Source of the DNA: an archaeon | Lineage (GTDB): Archaea; EX4484-52; GLR71 | DNA length: 56,983 bases | Reading direction: 5' to 3' | NCBI GenBank assembly: GCA_013138805.1 | Contig: WTCA01000030.1 | Coordinates: 1-56,983, forward strand | In this document: positions 18,499 through 28,207 of the stretch, one piece after another | Layout: each line of letters starts with the position of its first letter | How positions within the stretch are numbered: position 1 is the first letter of the stretch | Position numbers and translations under genes: made by a program | The notes under the pieces: model-generated | Database searches by the model: none | What the model was told of the DNA's origin: nothing | Seen by the model: the letters and a program-made list of their open reading frames with translations, nothing else

Positions 18499-19506
18499 CT
18501 ATAATTTTCGTGTATTTCCAGCATCTTTCCTGTAAATGAAATATGCAACGACCAGTATTATTATCAATATTATCCAGAACATATTATTTCCCCTAGCGAT
18601 ATCCAACCGGGAAGCTTCTACTTTTGGGATAATCTTTGGCTTCTCTATAGATAACATAACCTGTTTTGATGATGAATTTATGTTATAAAATACTGTTGAA
18701 TTTACAAGATAGTTATCAGGAGATATCTTATCAGAATTGAATCTGGCACTCAAGACTCCAATCTCATCAGGCGATACAGATACATATCCGGAACGTCCTG
18801 TATCAACCAATGTGCCGTTTTCATAATATATTGCTACATCCGGGCTATATGATGAGAATGTTGCAGTGCCTGTATTCTGAAAATATATATCAAGAATGAC
18901 ATCATTAGCCGAACTGCCCTGCATGATATCCAATACATTGCCGCTGACAACACAAACACCATCAACCTTAAATTTTACGGTGATTGCCACCAATGCGACT
19001 ATACTTACGGAGCTGCCTGAGTCTTTGCTGATATAAGGTGTTGGCGCTATCCTGAATGCATGATAACACGGTTCTGCATCATCAGGAATTTCCAAGACAA
19101 AATTTACTTTTTTCCAGTCCGATATGGTTCCGCCCTTAGTGTTCAATAAGACATTGGCGGGTTTGAGCACATAAGGATTATCTGGAAAATATACCCATAC
19201 TGAGCTGTCCACTTCTGAAACAAGATTCACTATATCTGAATTTGCAGGTTTTTTGAAAAAATCAAGATTTGCAGGCGAAGATGTTAATTTCACAACAATC
19301 TCATCAGGCGATGATGTCACAATAAAAAATGAGCCTACAACCTTTTCTCCCCTATCCAAAGTTCCAAGATCTATAACTAATGGGGAAACACCGACCTGAA
19401 ACTCTTTTGCAGATACAGGAGCTGTCAGGATGAAAGATATGAAGATATAAATCATTAAGATATAGCCGGCTGCGCAAAATTGTTTTTTTGAAAATGAGAA
19501 TATCAT
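18499..19506 (-). CDS. DUF916/DUF3324 (WxLIP)-like two-domain protein with C-terminal TM, candidate fimbrial chaperone/anchor
   Basis: Signal peptide; GVSPLVIDL..L..G...; W...P...LKP...VNFVLEIPDDAEP..H..; V...V.F.V.G; second domain F.NTG...VSPDE.....P..Y; C-terminal TM. Confidence 0.6.
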   Translation of the reverse strand: MIFSFSKKQFCAAGYILMIYIFISFILTAPVSAKEFQVGVSPLVIDLGTLDRGEKVVGSFFIVTSSPDEIVVKLTSSPANLDFFKKPANSDIVNLVSEVDSSVWVYFPDNPYVLKPANVLLNTKGGTISDWKKVNFVLEIPDDAEPCYHAFRIAPTPYISKDSGSSVSIVALVAITVKFKVDGVCVVSGNVLDIMQGSSANDVILDIYFQNTGTATFSSYSPDVAIYYENGTLVDTGRSGYVSVSPDEIGVLSARFNSDKISPDNYLVNSTVFYNINSSSKQVMLSIEKPKIIPKVEASRLDIARGNNMFWIILIIILVVAYFIYRKDAGNTRKL

Positions 19507-19570
19507 TCCTATCACAGATTAAATTATAGAAGAACCCTATATATATTTAAACATTATAATATGATATCAT

Positions 19571-19930
19571 ATGAAATATTATTTTTCAGATATATTAATC
19601 ATACTTTTCATGTTCATGTTAATCAATGCCACACATACATATCTTCATGAATCCATAGATGCAGACATCTGTGAAAACTTTGGAGGCACAGCAAATGTAG
19701 AATATTCTTTTCTTATGCAGGGCGGGACAACCAAATGCACGACAACAGACGGCGCTATATATCACACAATAAATGATATAGTAAGCTATACTACAAGCAT
19801 ACTTATATTGACAATGTTTGCATGCCTTATATTCTTAACATTATTTTTTGAAAAAAGATATAGCTCTTATGCGAACAAGAAAAGACTATCAACAGCTAAC
19901 GAGATAATACTAAAAACACATGTAAGATAG
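19571..19930 (+). CDS. Small membrane protein with degenerate HExxH-like motif
   Basis: Two hydrophobic segments flanking TYLHESIDADICENFGG; the only plus-strand gene inside the cluster. Confidence 0.6.
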   Translation: MKYYFSDILIILFMFMLINATHTYLHESIDADICENFGGTANVEYSFLMQGGTTKCTTTDGAIYHTINDIVSYTTSILILTMFACLIFLTLFFEKRYSSYANKKRLSTANEIILKTHVR

Positions 19931-19931
19931 A

Positions 19932-22900
19932 TTATTTCAATTTTTTTATCTTCTTATCTATACCAAGAAGCTTACCTTCATTAAGCTGTTTCAATTCCTT
20001 ATAGGATTCATTGTTTATTATGCCTTCTTTGGATTCGGTCTCCAAAAGCTTCAATACTCTTTGAATTTTCTCTTTATCGTTTTCAAAGTCTTTTTTCCTG
20101 GTCTCTATCTCTTCTTTGCTCAATGATTTTTTCAGATACCGCTGAAGTGATGCTTTCAATTTGTACTTGTCTTTCTTTCGTATCCACCAGACACTGATAT
20201 ATGCAAAAACTGCCAGCATAATCAGAACCTTTAAGGCAAAAATCCAGATACTGTCTTTCCAGTCAGTATCATCAGCCTCAGATGGCGTCTCAAGAATCAT
20301 CTTGGCCTGCTTTATCAACCCGGAAACCACCTGTATATTCTGAAGAGCTTCATCATATTTCTTGTTGTCAAGATTATTTTCAGCAAGCTCAATCTGTATC
20401 CATGCCTGCTCAACAACCCCCCATACTCTTGATACATCTTTTCCTATGTTCTGTGAAAAATATATATCATCTTCAAGTTTATGAAGTTCAATCTTAAGAT
20501 TTATTATATCCTGCCTTATCAAATCTTCAATTGATGTGAATACAACAAGACGGCCTATTTTATCGGTCACGGCCTCATCAGAATTTGCGATAAGTGTAAA
20601 AGGATATGCACCGGATTCTGAACCTGCAGGTATCTTGTATTCTATAAGAAATAATGTGCTGTTTCCTGAAGGCATCACCTCATATTTTTTTGGCGTGATA
20701 TTATACCATGAAGTAGGTATACCTGCCAGTGTCAAGGTTATATTCTTTATTTCAAGGTTACCATTGTTCCTGACACGTACTCCTGTAATATCTGTCCAGC
20801 CCTGCACGATGTTTATCTCTTTGTTATAGGATTCAATATTAATATTGTAATCCTTATCAAATACAGGAATCGGACCTAAATCAGCATACATATCAGAATC
20901 ATCATCCGAAAAACTTCCACTTGAAGGCGGGATATATTCCGGTACATCCGGTATATCCGGAGGCGTAGGAATCTCAAATTCTTCTTCAATAACTTCAAAA
21001 GTTGCGGTTGCGATAATCGGTGCCTGAACATTATCATATGTTGCCTTGAGATTAAGCGTATTCAATCCGATATACTGGTTTGAAAATATGTATGCGTTTC
21101 TTAAAATTGTTACATTTACACCGACAGGCGTAAGCACGGCCTCACTGTTGTAATAATATGTATCATTTCCTGCGGAGACCCAATAATCTAAAAATACATC
21201 CTGAGTTACCTCACCCATATTTTCTATCAATATCTCAAAATTGACATAATCCTGGCGAGGCACTTCCATAGGGGGCAATATTGTTACACGGACATCATAA
21301 GGGCCGCCTTTTGCAACACGGAACGGTTTTACAATCTGGCTTACAAAACCCTCTTTTGATGCTGTAAGGATTGCAAAATAGTAGCCGGAGGAAGAATTTA
21401 TAGGCATAGCATACTTATAATGATAAAGACCTGTGGAAGTCCTGTTGGCATCACTTAAATTTATGTTAAAATACAGGTTCTCTGCAGGATCATATACGAA
21501 AAGAGTCATATTATCAGGATCTGTCACATTTCCTGCATAAGAAAACCACATCTCAAAACGTATCACATTGTCAGGATACCATACAACTGCAGTCTCAAGG
21601 TCTGCTGTCAGCCCTCCGCCACCTCCAGAGCTTCCTGACAGGAGAGTAAATGTTGCATTATCTGATGAATTGATTACTGTCTCTAAAACAAAGTCATAAT
21701 ATGAAAGGTCTGCCGTAAGATTATAGTCACCTACAGGAGCATCATTTGCAAGGTCAAAAGTAGGTATAGGAGATACCTGCCCTGTTGAATCAGTTGTGAA
21801 ATCATTTATATAGATAATATTTCCTAAAGGGTCAGCAAGAGATATAGTTACATTTGCACCGGGTATGCCTGCACCCATAATATCTGTCAGAGTATAATAG
21901 ATAGAGCCTGTAGACCCCTGATAATATTTAGTTGAACCGGGAGTGAAACCAACAATCAAGTCAGTATAGATCTTAAAAGAGGTATTGCTGTAACCAACAA
22001 CACCCGTATTGTCCTGTGCGTATATTGTCACATTATATGTACCGTATATCAAAGTGTTGCCTGTATAATTTGATACATTTCCAGAATAATTGATATAGTC
22101 AGACATGTTTCCTGAATAATTAAAGAACCATAAACTTGAATCACCATCTGTTGAAACCCAAGACATATTAAATATTTCAACAGTACTATTTGGCAAAGTT
22201 AGATTCATCATTGTCCAGTTTATACCGGTTGTGGACCTGTCAGTAATATTTGCAAAAATTTCAATATTTGTATTCTGCTTAGCAACAGTCTCACTCAAAT
22301 TTAAAGAAAACAACGGCACGATATAAGGTATAAGAGTTATGTTAAAATCATAAGATAAAGGTACCGCATCAAGATTTGTTGTGTTTAAAGTATAGTTCTC
22401 ATAATAAAAACCTTTTGTCACATTTGTAACATTATAGAGGAATTCAATGACATATGTGGAGTTCTTAAGAACTGTCATGTCAGTCTCATTGACTGATGTA
22501 TAATTCACATCTATAGAATTTACAGTAATGTTTATCGGAACATTGCCTGTATTTTTAATACTGACAAGACAAACCGTGCCTGTGTCCGGATTCTCTGACC
22601 TTTCACAGGATTTAGGCGTTATATCCCACTCGCGCCTTGTCAAGACTGTCACATTGAGCTCAACTGTATCATAGCCACCGTCAACAGATGTTATGTTTAT
22701 TGTTCCTGTATAATTTCCAGGTGAATAAGCAAAGGGTACTGATACATTCACAAAAACCATCTGAGATATATTTACTCCTAAAGATGAGATATTGACAGGG
22801 CTGAATGTAATTGTGAAATCGGAAAGATCAGATACTGTAAATGTTGTGTCTGTCAGATTATCATTCCCTAAATTGAATATTGTGAAATTTCCAGCAAGAA

Positions 22901-25826
22901 CTGTTGAATTATCCGGTAAGGCAGTTGATATATTTCCTGAAACATTAAGTATAGGGTTTGAGAGTACATACACTGTAAAATTTATCTGGGTTGAATTCAA
23001 TGACAGATCAGGATTTATCCAGTCCGCTGTTATGTTAAAAGTATAATTTCCCGGAGATGTATAATTACTAATGCTTATATTAAACATTCTTTCACAGGAG
23101 TCACTTGCATTCAGACGATTGCATTGCTCAAAAGTAGAATTTGATGTGATGTTCTGGAGCATTGCCAGGGTCATATTTGCATCCTTGGCATCTGCAATAC
23201 CTATATTTGTCAAATTGATTGTAACATCAAATGAATCTCCGGAATACAGAGATATTATTGAAGACGTATAATTATCGGGAATGGCCTGCAAGGATAATAA
23301 TGTTGTTTCCGGCACGCTTACATTCAATGTAATGTTTTTTGACCCGCCGTCAACAGATGTTATGTTTATTGTCCCTGTATAATTTCCGGGAGTGTAATCC
23401 TGCGGCACTGTAACATTTACAGAAACAAGCAGAGATGTGCCTGAAGATAGTGATGATATATTTTCAGGAGAGAATGTTATTGTAAAATCTGAAAGACCTG
23501 AAACATCAAAAGTTATGTTTGTCAGGTTATCATTACCAATGGAATCCACTGTGAAATTTCCGACAGTCATAGTCTTGCCGTCAGCTACAATACCTGATAC
23601 ATTATTATCTATTGTATCAAGTATCGGATTTGATAGGACATAGACTGTAAATGATATATTGGTCATATTTGTAAGCATATTCAGATTTAACCATGTCACG
23701 CTTATATTGAATGTATAATTTCCAGGGGCTGTGCTGTTTGCAACAGTAATATTGAAATCTTTTAGGCAGGAGTCATTCATAGCTACATCCCCGCAGGACT
23801 CAAAACTAGAGTTAGCGCTCAGGTTTTGAGGGAACGATAAAGAAATATTTACTGATTTTGCATTTGCGCCGCCGATGTCTGTGGCATTCACAGAAATGTC
23901 AAATGAGTCTTCAAGCAAAAGAGATATGTTTGAGGAAGTATGATTCTCGGGTGAAACTTCAAGCGACATATTTGTCTCGCTTGTCTCAGCAGAAAATAAT
24001 TGTGAATCCATACCTGTATTGTTTAACTTTTCAGCACTGCAGTTCAATGTATAAGTGCCTGTTGATGCAGGAGCTGTGAAATTCAAGATATATGTACCAT
24101 TATCATAATCAGTTATGTTTGTCAAAGGACCTGCACCATATGTACAGTTAAGAGTTGCATTTCCTATGTATTCTCCTCTTGCATTCTTCACAGTTATTGT
24201 CGCATTTACCAGACGATCAACAATACCTAAAGGATTTGAGATATTAAGAGTCACATTATAAATGTCTGTAACATTGATGGATGTATTCTCTTCCTTCAAT
24301 GATACATTGCCTGAATCATATGCTATGACTGTAATGTTCCATTTCGCCACAGTGCTGTTCTCAGACAGATTATAAAAACCGGAGAAGATGCCGTCATCTG
24401 AAACTGCATCACCGTGTGCAGAATCACCGTCATCATAAAGTATGATTGTCTCATCATCTGAAGTGACCGGTGTACCCATATCAATTGTAGCATCCATATA
24501 TGTTGTTATATTATATAAATTTGATGTGATATTTGAGAAAATAAGGACTGAGTCATTCAGGTTATAAATCGTGTAGTTTGTCTGAGATGTGATTGAGATG
24601 GGAATGAACTCATTATTATCAAGAGTTATTATTGGCGGATAAAACATCTGATCCCTGAGTGATTTAAGGATTACCTGATTATAATTGACTCCGTCAAACT
24701 GCATTATGACTGTATTGGTTACAGATTCATTAGGCGCGATTACCACAGGATCAAGATGAATACCTATACGATCTAAAATTGTATCATTTTTAGCATAAAA
24801 ATTCGCATTAGAACTATAATTGATATTTATCAAACCAACGCCAGATGCTGCCGGATATGCCATACCATACCACGAAAAAGGATTTGTCATGTTTCCAAAT
24901 ATGGTAGGTCCGCCATATATTGAAAGCTCATTAAATGAAAATGCTCCTGCACTTGTAGAATTCCGTGTTACAGAGGATGCCCCTATATTTGTAAAATTCT
25001 GTTCAATCTTTATCCAAGAGGAGTTCTCATAAAATATGTATCTTTTTTTCATCAGGCCGAAACCAGTAAGTGAATCAGGATTATTCCACAAGGTCTCGTT
25101 TCCTATCTGCTCAACAACAAGCTTTACAGGGCCTGCTGAAAAAGAAGCATTGTTCCTGAAATCAAAAGAGAAATCATCTGTCCCGTTTGAAAATTGCGTA
25201 TATTCTTTTGTTTTACTATCTGTTGAAGGTGTTATAACTATTATATTAGTCTCCCAAATATCATAAATTCCAGATGTATTTTCACCACGCAATGTATCAA
25301 TCTTTAACCTATAAATACTATTATTCACATGGACTTCTTCACCATCCCAATAATAATCCAGATTAGTTGAATATGACACAGGTGTTTTTGCGCCATTCTC
25401 AACAATATCAAAATATACATAGATATATCTTACCTGATTTGCTGTTGTTGTTCCGTTCAAAAGAAAAGTCAGTGTGCCTGCCGCATTTGCTGACGCATCA
25501 AAACCTGTTGCATTGTCAAACTGAAAAGGATGCTCAAACAAGACGTATCCTGTTGAATTATGTTCATAGACGCGGATAGATTCATTATCAAAAGTGCCTG
25601 ATTTATTTTCCTGAGAGATGAGATCTGTAAAATTCATATCTAATTCAACAGGCCAGAAATCCCTGTCATAATTGGAATTGTTTATCGTAAAATTTGTCCT
25701 GAAATGCCAGGATGTATTAAACCAGTATGAATCTGATGCAGCCGTAACCTGAACAGACAAAAAAATCAAAGCTAACACTATTAAAAAAACCGATACATAA
25801 TGTTTTATTCTGATTCCTGCGGACAA
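19932..25826 (-). CDS. Large (1964 aa) membrane-anchored surface glycoprotein: DUF2341-like, choice-of-anchor-X-like, Ig/NEW3 repeats, helical stalk, TM, SHOCT-like tail
   Basis: Signal peptide; WFNTSWHFRT...SIRVYE (DUF2341-like); LYDDG..HGD...DDGIFSG; dense N-x-S/T sequons; TM near the C-terminus; TTG start. Confidence 0.8.
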   Translation of the reverse strand: MSAGIRIKHYVSVFLIVLALIFLSVQVTAASDSYWFNTSWHFRTNFTINNSNYDRDFWPVELDMNFTDLISQENKSGTFDNESIRVYEHNSTGYVLFEHPFQFDNATGFDASANAAGTLTFLLNGTTTANQVRYIYVYFDIVENGAKTPVSYSTNLDYYWDGEEVHVNNSIYRLKIDTLRGENTSGIYDIWETNIIVITPSTDSKTKEYTQFSNGTDDFSFDFRNNASFSAGPVKLVVEQIGNETLWNNPDSLTGFGLMKKRYIFYENSSWIKIEQNFTNIGASSVTRNSTSAGAFSFNELSIYGGPTIFGNMTNPFSWYGMAYPAASGVGLININYSSNANFYAKNDTILDRIGIHLDPVVIAPNESVTNTVIMQFDGVNYNQVILKSLRDQMFYPPIITLDNNEFIPISITSQTNYTIYNLNDSVLIFSNITSNLYNITTYMDATIDMGTPVTSDDETIILYDDGDSAHGDAVSDDGIFSGFYNLSENSTVAKWNITVIAYDSGNVSLKEENTSINVTDIYNVTLNISNPLGIVDRLVNATITVKNARGEYIGNATLNCTYGAGPLTNITDYDNGTYILNFTAPASTGTYTLNCSAEKLNNTGMDSQLFSAETSETNMSLEVSPENHTSSNISLLLEDSFDISVNATDIGGANAKSVNISLSFPQNLSANSSFESCGDVAMNDSCLKDFNITVANSTAPGNYTFNISVTWLNLNMLTNMTNISFTVYVLSNPILDTIDNNVSGIVADGKTMTVGNFTVDSIGNDNLTNITFDVSGLSDFTITFSPENISSLSSGTSLLVSVNVTVPQDYTPGNYTGTINITSVDGGSKNITLNVSVPETTLLSLQAIPDNYTSSIISLYSGDSFDVTINLTNIGIADAKDANMTLAMLQNITSNSTFEQCNRLNASDSCERMFNISISNYTSPGNYTFNITADWINPDLSLNSTQINFTVYVLSNPILNVSGNISTALPDNSTVLAGNFTIFNLGNDNLTDTTFTVSDLSDFTITFSPVNISSLGVNISQMVFVNVSVPFAYSPGNYTGTINITSVDGGYDTVELNVTVLTRREWDITPKSCERSENPDTGTVCLVSIKNTGNVPINITVNSIDVNYTSVNETDMTVLKNSTYVIEFLYNVTNVTKGFYYENYTLNTTNLDAVPLSYDFNITLIPYIVPLFSLNLSETVAKQNTNIEIFANITDRSTTGINWTMMNLTLPNSTVEIFNMSWVSTDGDSSLWFFNYSGNMSDYINYSGNVSNYTGNTLIYGTYNVTIYAQDNTGVVGYSNTSFKIYTDLIVGFTPGSTKYYQGSTGSIYYTLTDIMGAGIPGANVTISLADPLGNIIYINDFTTDSTGQVSPIPTFDLANDAPVGDYNLTADLSYYDFVLETVINSSDNATFTLLSGSSGGGGGLTADLETAVVWYPDNVIRFEMWFSYAGNVTDPDNMTLFVYDPAENLYFNINLSDANRTSTGLYHYKYAMPINSSSGYYFAILTASKEGFVSQIVKPFRVAKGGPYDVRVTILPPMEVPRQDYVNFEILIENMGEVTQDVFLDYWVSAGNDTYYYNSEAVLTPVGVNVTILRNAYIFSNQYIGLNTLNLKATYDNVQAPIIATATFEVIEEEFEIPTPPDIPDVPEYIPPSSGSFSDDDSDMYADLGPIPVFDKDYNINIESYNKEINIVQGWTDITGVRVRNNGNLEIKNITLTLAGIPTSWYNITPKKYEVMPSGNSTLFLIEYKIPAGSESGAYPFTLIANSDEAVTDKIGRLVVFTSIEDLIRQDIINLKIELHKLEDDIYFSQNIGKDVSRVWGVVEQAWIQIELAENNLDNKKYDEALQNIQVVSGLIKQAKMILETPSEADDTDWKDSIWIFALKVLIMLAVFAYISVWWIRKKDKYKLKASLQRYLKKSLSKEEIETRKKDFENDKEKIQRVLKLLETESKEGIINNESYKELKQLNEGKLLGIDKKIKKLK
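22660..23960. repeat. Tandem intragenic duplication of about 223 codons in the 1964-aa protein
   Basis: CCGTCAACAGATGTTATGTTTATTGT occurs at 22678 and 23347 (offset 669 bp); both units end PGNYTGTINITSVDGG. Boundaries approximate. Confidence 0.85.
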
Positions 25827-25831
25827 TCAAA

Positions 25832-28123
25832 TCAACCTTCAATCAATTTTTTTGTTTTATCATAAGTCTCTTTTGAGATAAGACCTTGTTTCAGTGATTC
25901 GTCAAGCTCCTTAATCAAGATGGTCTGATCTTCTGTCTCTTTTTTCTCTTCTGTTTTTTCAGTCACTTTATCATTAGTAGTGGTTGTGGTTTCTGATTCG
26001 GGGGCTGTATCACTATCTTTTTTTATTTCTTCTTTTACTTCATCTTTTACTTCTTCTTTCACTTCATCTGTTACAAGGTCGGTTTTAGGTTCTGTTACAG
26101 GCTCGGTTTTAGGTTCAACAGGCTTATCCTCAGATGCATCCGGGGTATCAACTGATTTTTCCGATATTTCAGGTTTTTCAGGAGTTGGCGGAGGCGGATT
26201 GTCCTGAGTCTTTTTGTCATCCGTATCTGCGGCTTTATCTTCAGGATTATCTATCCCTTCTTTTTTAGCGGCTGTATTATCATTGCCTGTCTTATCGCTG
26301 TTATCTACCTTATCTGTGCTTTCTGATTTTTCTGATTTTTTATCACTGTCTTTATCTTTACCTTCGGCTGCTTCTTTACCTTCGGTTGCATCTGCCGTAT
26401 TAATTTCAGATTTATCAGAAGCAGAGGTTTTATCATTTTTATCAGTGTCTTTTGTGTCTTTTTTTGTTTTGGTCTTATCAGAATCTTTATCTGAAACTAC
26501 AGCAGGTCCGGATGCAGTGCTATCTTCTTTTTTGCCTATCAGATTTCTCATTATCTTTCCGATATCTTCATTTATCTTTTTCAGAGATTCTTCATTCTTT
26601 TTCTTTATCGTTGCATATTCCTTGTCAGATATCTGTTTTTTATGATGCTCAGATTCCAGCGCAGACAGAAGACTTCCTATATCCTCTTTCTTATCTTCAA
26701 GAACCTGAAGCTCTTTTGGAATTTCAGCTTCGGCAAAAGGAACTGCTTTTTTCAATATTTTCATCATAAGCTCCAGTTTTTCAGCAAGCGTCTCTATAGT
26801 ACTCTCTATCTTTACCATATCTTTCTTGTCAATATAGTTGTCAAATTTAATGCCTAGCTTGTCAACATTCTTAACCATATCATTAAGTACCTCATTCATA
26901 TTATCCTGTCTTGCTTCATATACTTCAAAATCTTCAAGATTTTTGTTCATAGCGAGAAACATCTTCTCCAACTTTGATGAAAGATTGTCCATTGATTTTT
27001 CAGTCTTGGTCATATGCTCCATTTTTTTTGCAACCTCATGGTCTATATTTGCAACATTCTCAAGACCTCCAATACTTTTAAGCAGAGCATTAATGCTGCC
27101 GGTTGTCCTTATGACATCTTCCATCTTGACTTCAAGCTTTTCTATACGGACTTCCATCTCAGAAGCAAACTGATCACGCTTCATAAACTGCTTGTTTATC
27201 TTTTCAGGTTCAATGTCCTCTACAAGCTCTTTCACACTTGTGAATTTAAGCTCCTGCTCTTTGATGCCTGCTTCTCTTTGCATTACAGTTGTCCTTAATT
27301 CAGTAAGACCTTCACTTATGGTCTGCATCCTTTCATCGTTAGAAGTCCTTGCCTCTTTTAAAGCATCAATCGTTGCCTTGATCCGTTCAATATCTACATT
27401 AAATTTTTCTGAAAATTTTTGCATTGTCAATTCAACGCTCTGTGCAGGTGGTGTTGCCGGTGCAGGAGGCGTGCTCGCTTGTGGAGGCGCAGGAGGCGTT
27501 TTCTGATCAGAATGATTAGATGATGTAAGATGCTGTTTGAGCTTTCCCATAAATGAAATCTTTTTTGAACCGCTTTCGGAAGGATTATCAGGAGTATCAT
27601 CTGATGTTTTCGGTGCGTCGTTATCAGGTGATGCCGGCGTAGGCGCATCAGTCGCAGGAGGTGTGGCGGCAGGAGGTGCATCAGATGCGGGAGGTATGGC
27701 TGCGGACGGTGCATCAGATGCGGGAGGTATGGCTGCGGGAGGTGCATCACTTGCTGGCGGTGTAACTGTGGAAGGAGGTATGGATGCAGGAGGTGCACCA
27801 GCTGTGGGAGATGTGGCTGCGAGAGGTGCACCAGCAGTGCCATCAGACCCAGTAGCCGGTTTTTTATCGCCATCTGCATTTTGATCTGTATCGCTGTCAT
27901 CATCAGTTATGCCAAAATCAGTAAGCTGCTTCTTTATGTCTTCAAGTTTCTTAAGATTTATTGTCTTTGTGTGCTTGTAGCTTGCTTCAGTGATTGCAGC
28001 ATTACGATAATCATTTTCAAGAGATGCAAGAAATTCTTTGACTTCTTTTTTCTTATCCATAAGGCCGTCAAGGCTCATGCCCTGAAATTCACTTACTTTA
28101 GCCTTATCTATCTTCCTGGTCAT
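25832..28123 (-). CDS. Cytoplasmic coiled-coil scaffold protein with Pro/Ala-rich and charged disordered linkers and three SHOCT-like motifs
   Basis: No signal peptide or TM; long heptad region; LENDYRNAAITEASYK, LESEHHKKQISDKEYA and LDESLKQGLISKETYD motifs. Confidence 0.75.
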   Translation of the reverse strand: MTRKIDKAKVSEFQGMSLDGLMDKKKEVKEFLASLENDYRNAAITEASYKHTKTINLKKLEDIKKQLTDFGITDDDSDTDQNADGDKKPATGSDGTAGAPLAATSPTAGAPPASIPPSTVTPPASDAPPAAIPPASDAPSAAIPPASDAPPAATPPATDAPTPASPDNDAPKTSDDTPDNPSESGSKKISFMGKLKQHLTSSNHSDQKTPPAPPQASTPPAPATPPAQSVELTMQKFSEKFNVDIERIKATIDALKEARTSNDERMQTISEGLTELRTTVMQREAGIKEQELKFTSVKELVEDIEPEKINKQFMKRDQFASEMEVRIEKLEVKMEDVIRTTGSINALLKSIGGLENVANIDHEVAKKMEHMTKTEKSMDNLSSKLEKMFLAMNKNLEDFEVYEARQDNMNEVLNDMVKNVDKLGIKFDNYIDKKDMVKIESTIETLAEKLELMMKILKKAVPFAEAEIPKELQVLEDKKEDIGSLLSALESEHHKKQISDKEYATIKKKNEESLKKINEDIGKIMRNLIGKKEDSTASGPAVVSDKDSDKTKTKKDTKDTDKNDKTSASDKSEINTADATEGKEAAEGKDKDSDKKSEKSESTDKVDNSDKTGNDNTAAKKEGIDNPEDKAADTDDKKTQDNPPPPTPEKPEISEKSVDTPDASEDKPVEPKTEPVTEPKTDLVTDEVKEEVKDEVKEEIKKDSDTAPESETTTTTNDKVTEKTEEKKETEDQTILIKELDESLKQGLISKETYDKTKKLIEG
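27642..27773. repeat. 33-bp tandem repeat (about 4 units) encoding PPASDAPxAAI
   Basis: GGTGCATCAGATGCGGGAGGTATGGCTGCGG at 27675 and 27708, with degenerate units at 27642 and 27741. Confidence 0.85.
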
Positions 28124-28207
28124 ATTATCAACCAATATTATATTTTCATTAAAGTCCTATTTATCTGTACATCATATCATAACATACTTATCATAACATA
28201 TTTTTTA

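Noticed and set aside
27642..27773. 33-bp periodic repeat as a possible CRISPR array
   Set aside because: The units are contiguous without unique spacers, in frame and coding; no cas genes are present.
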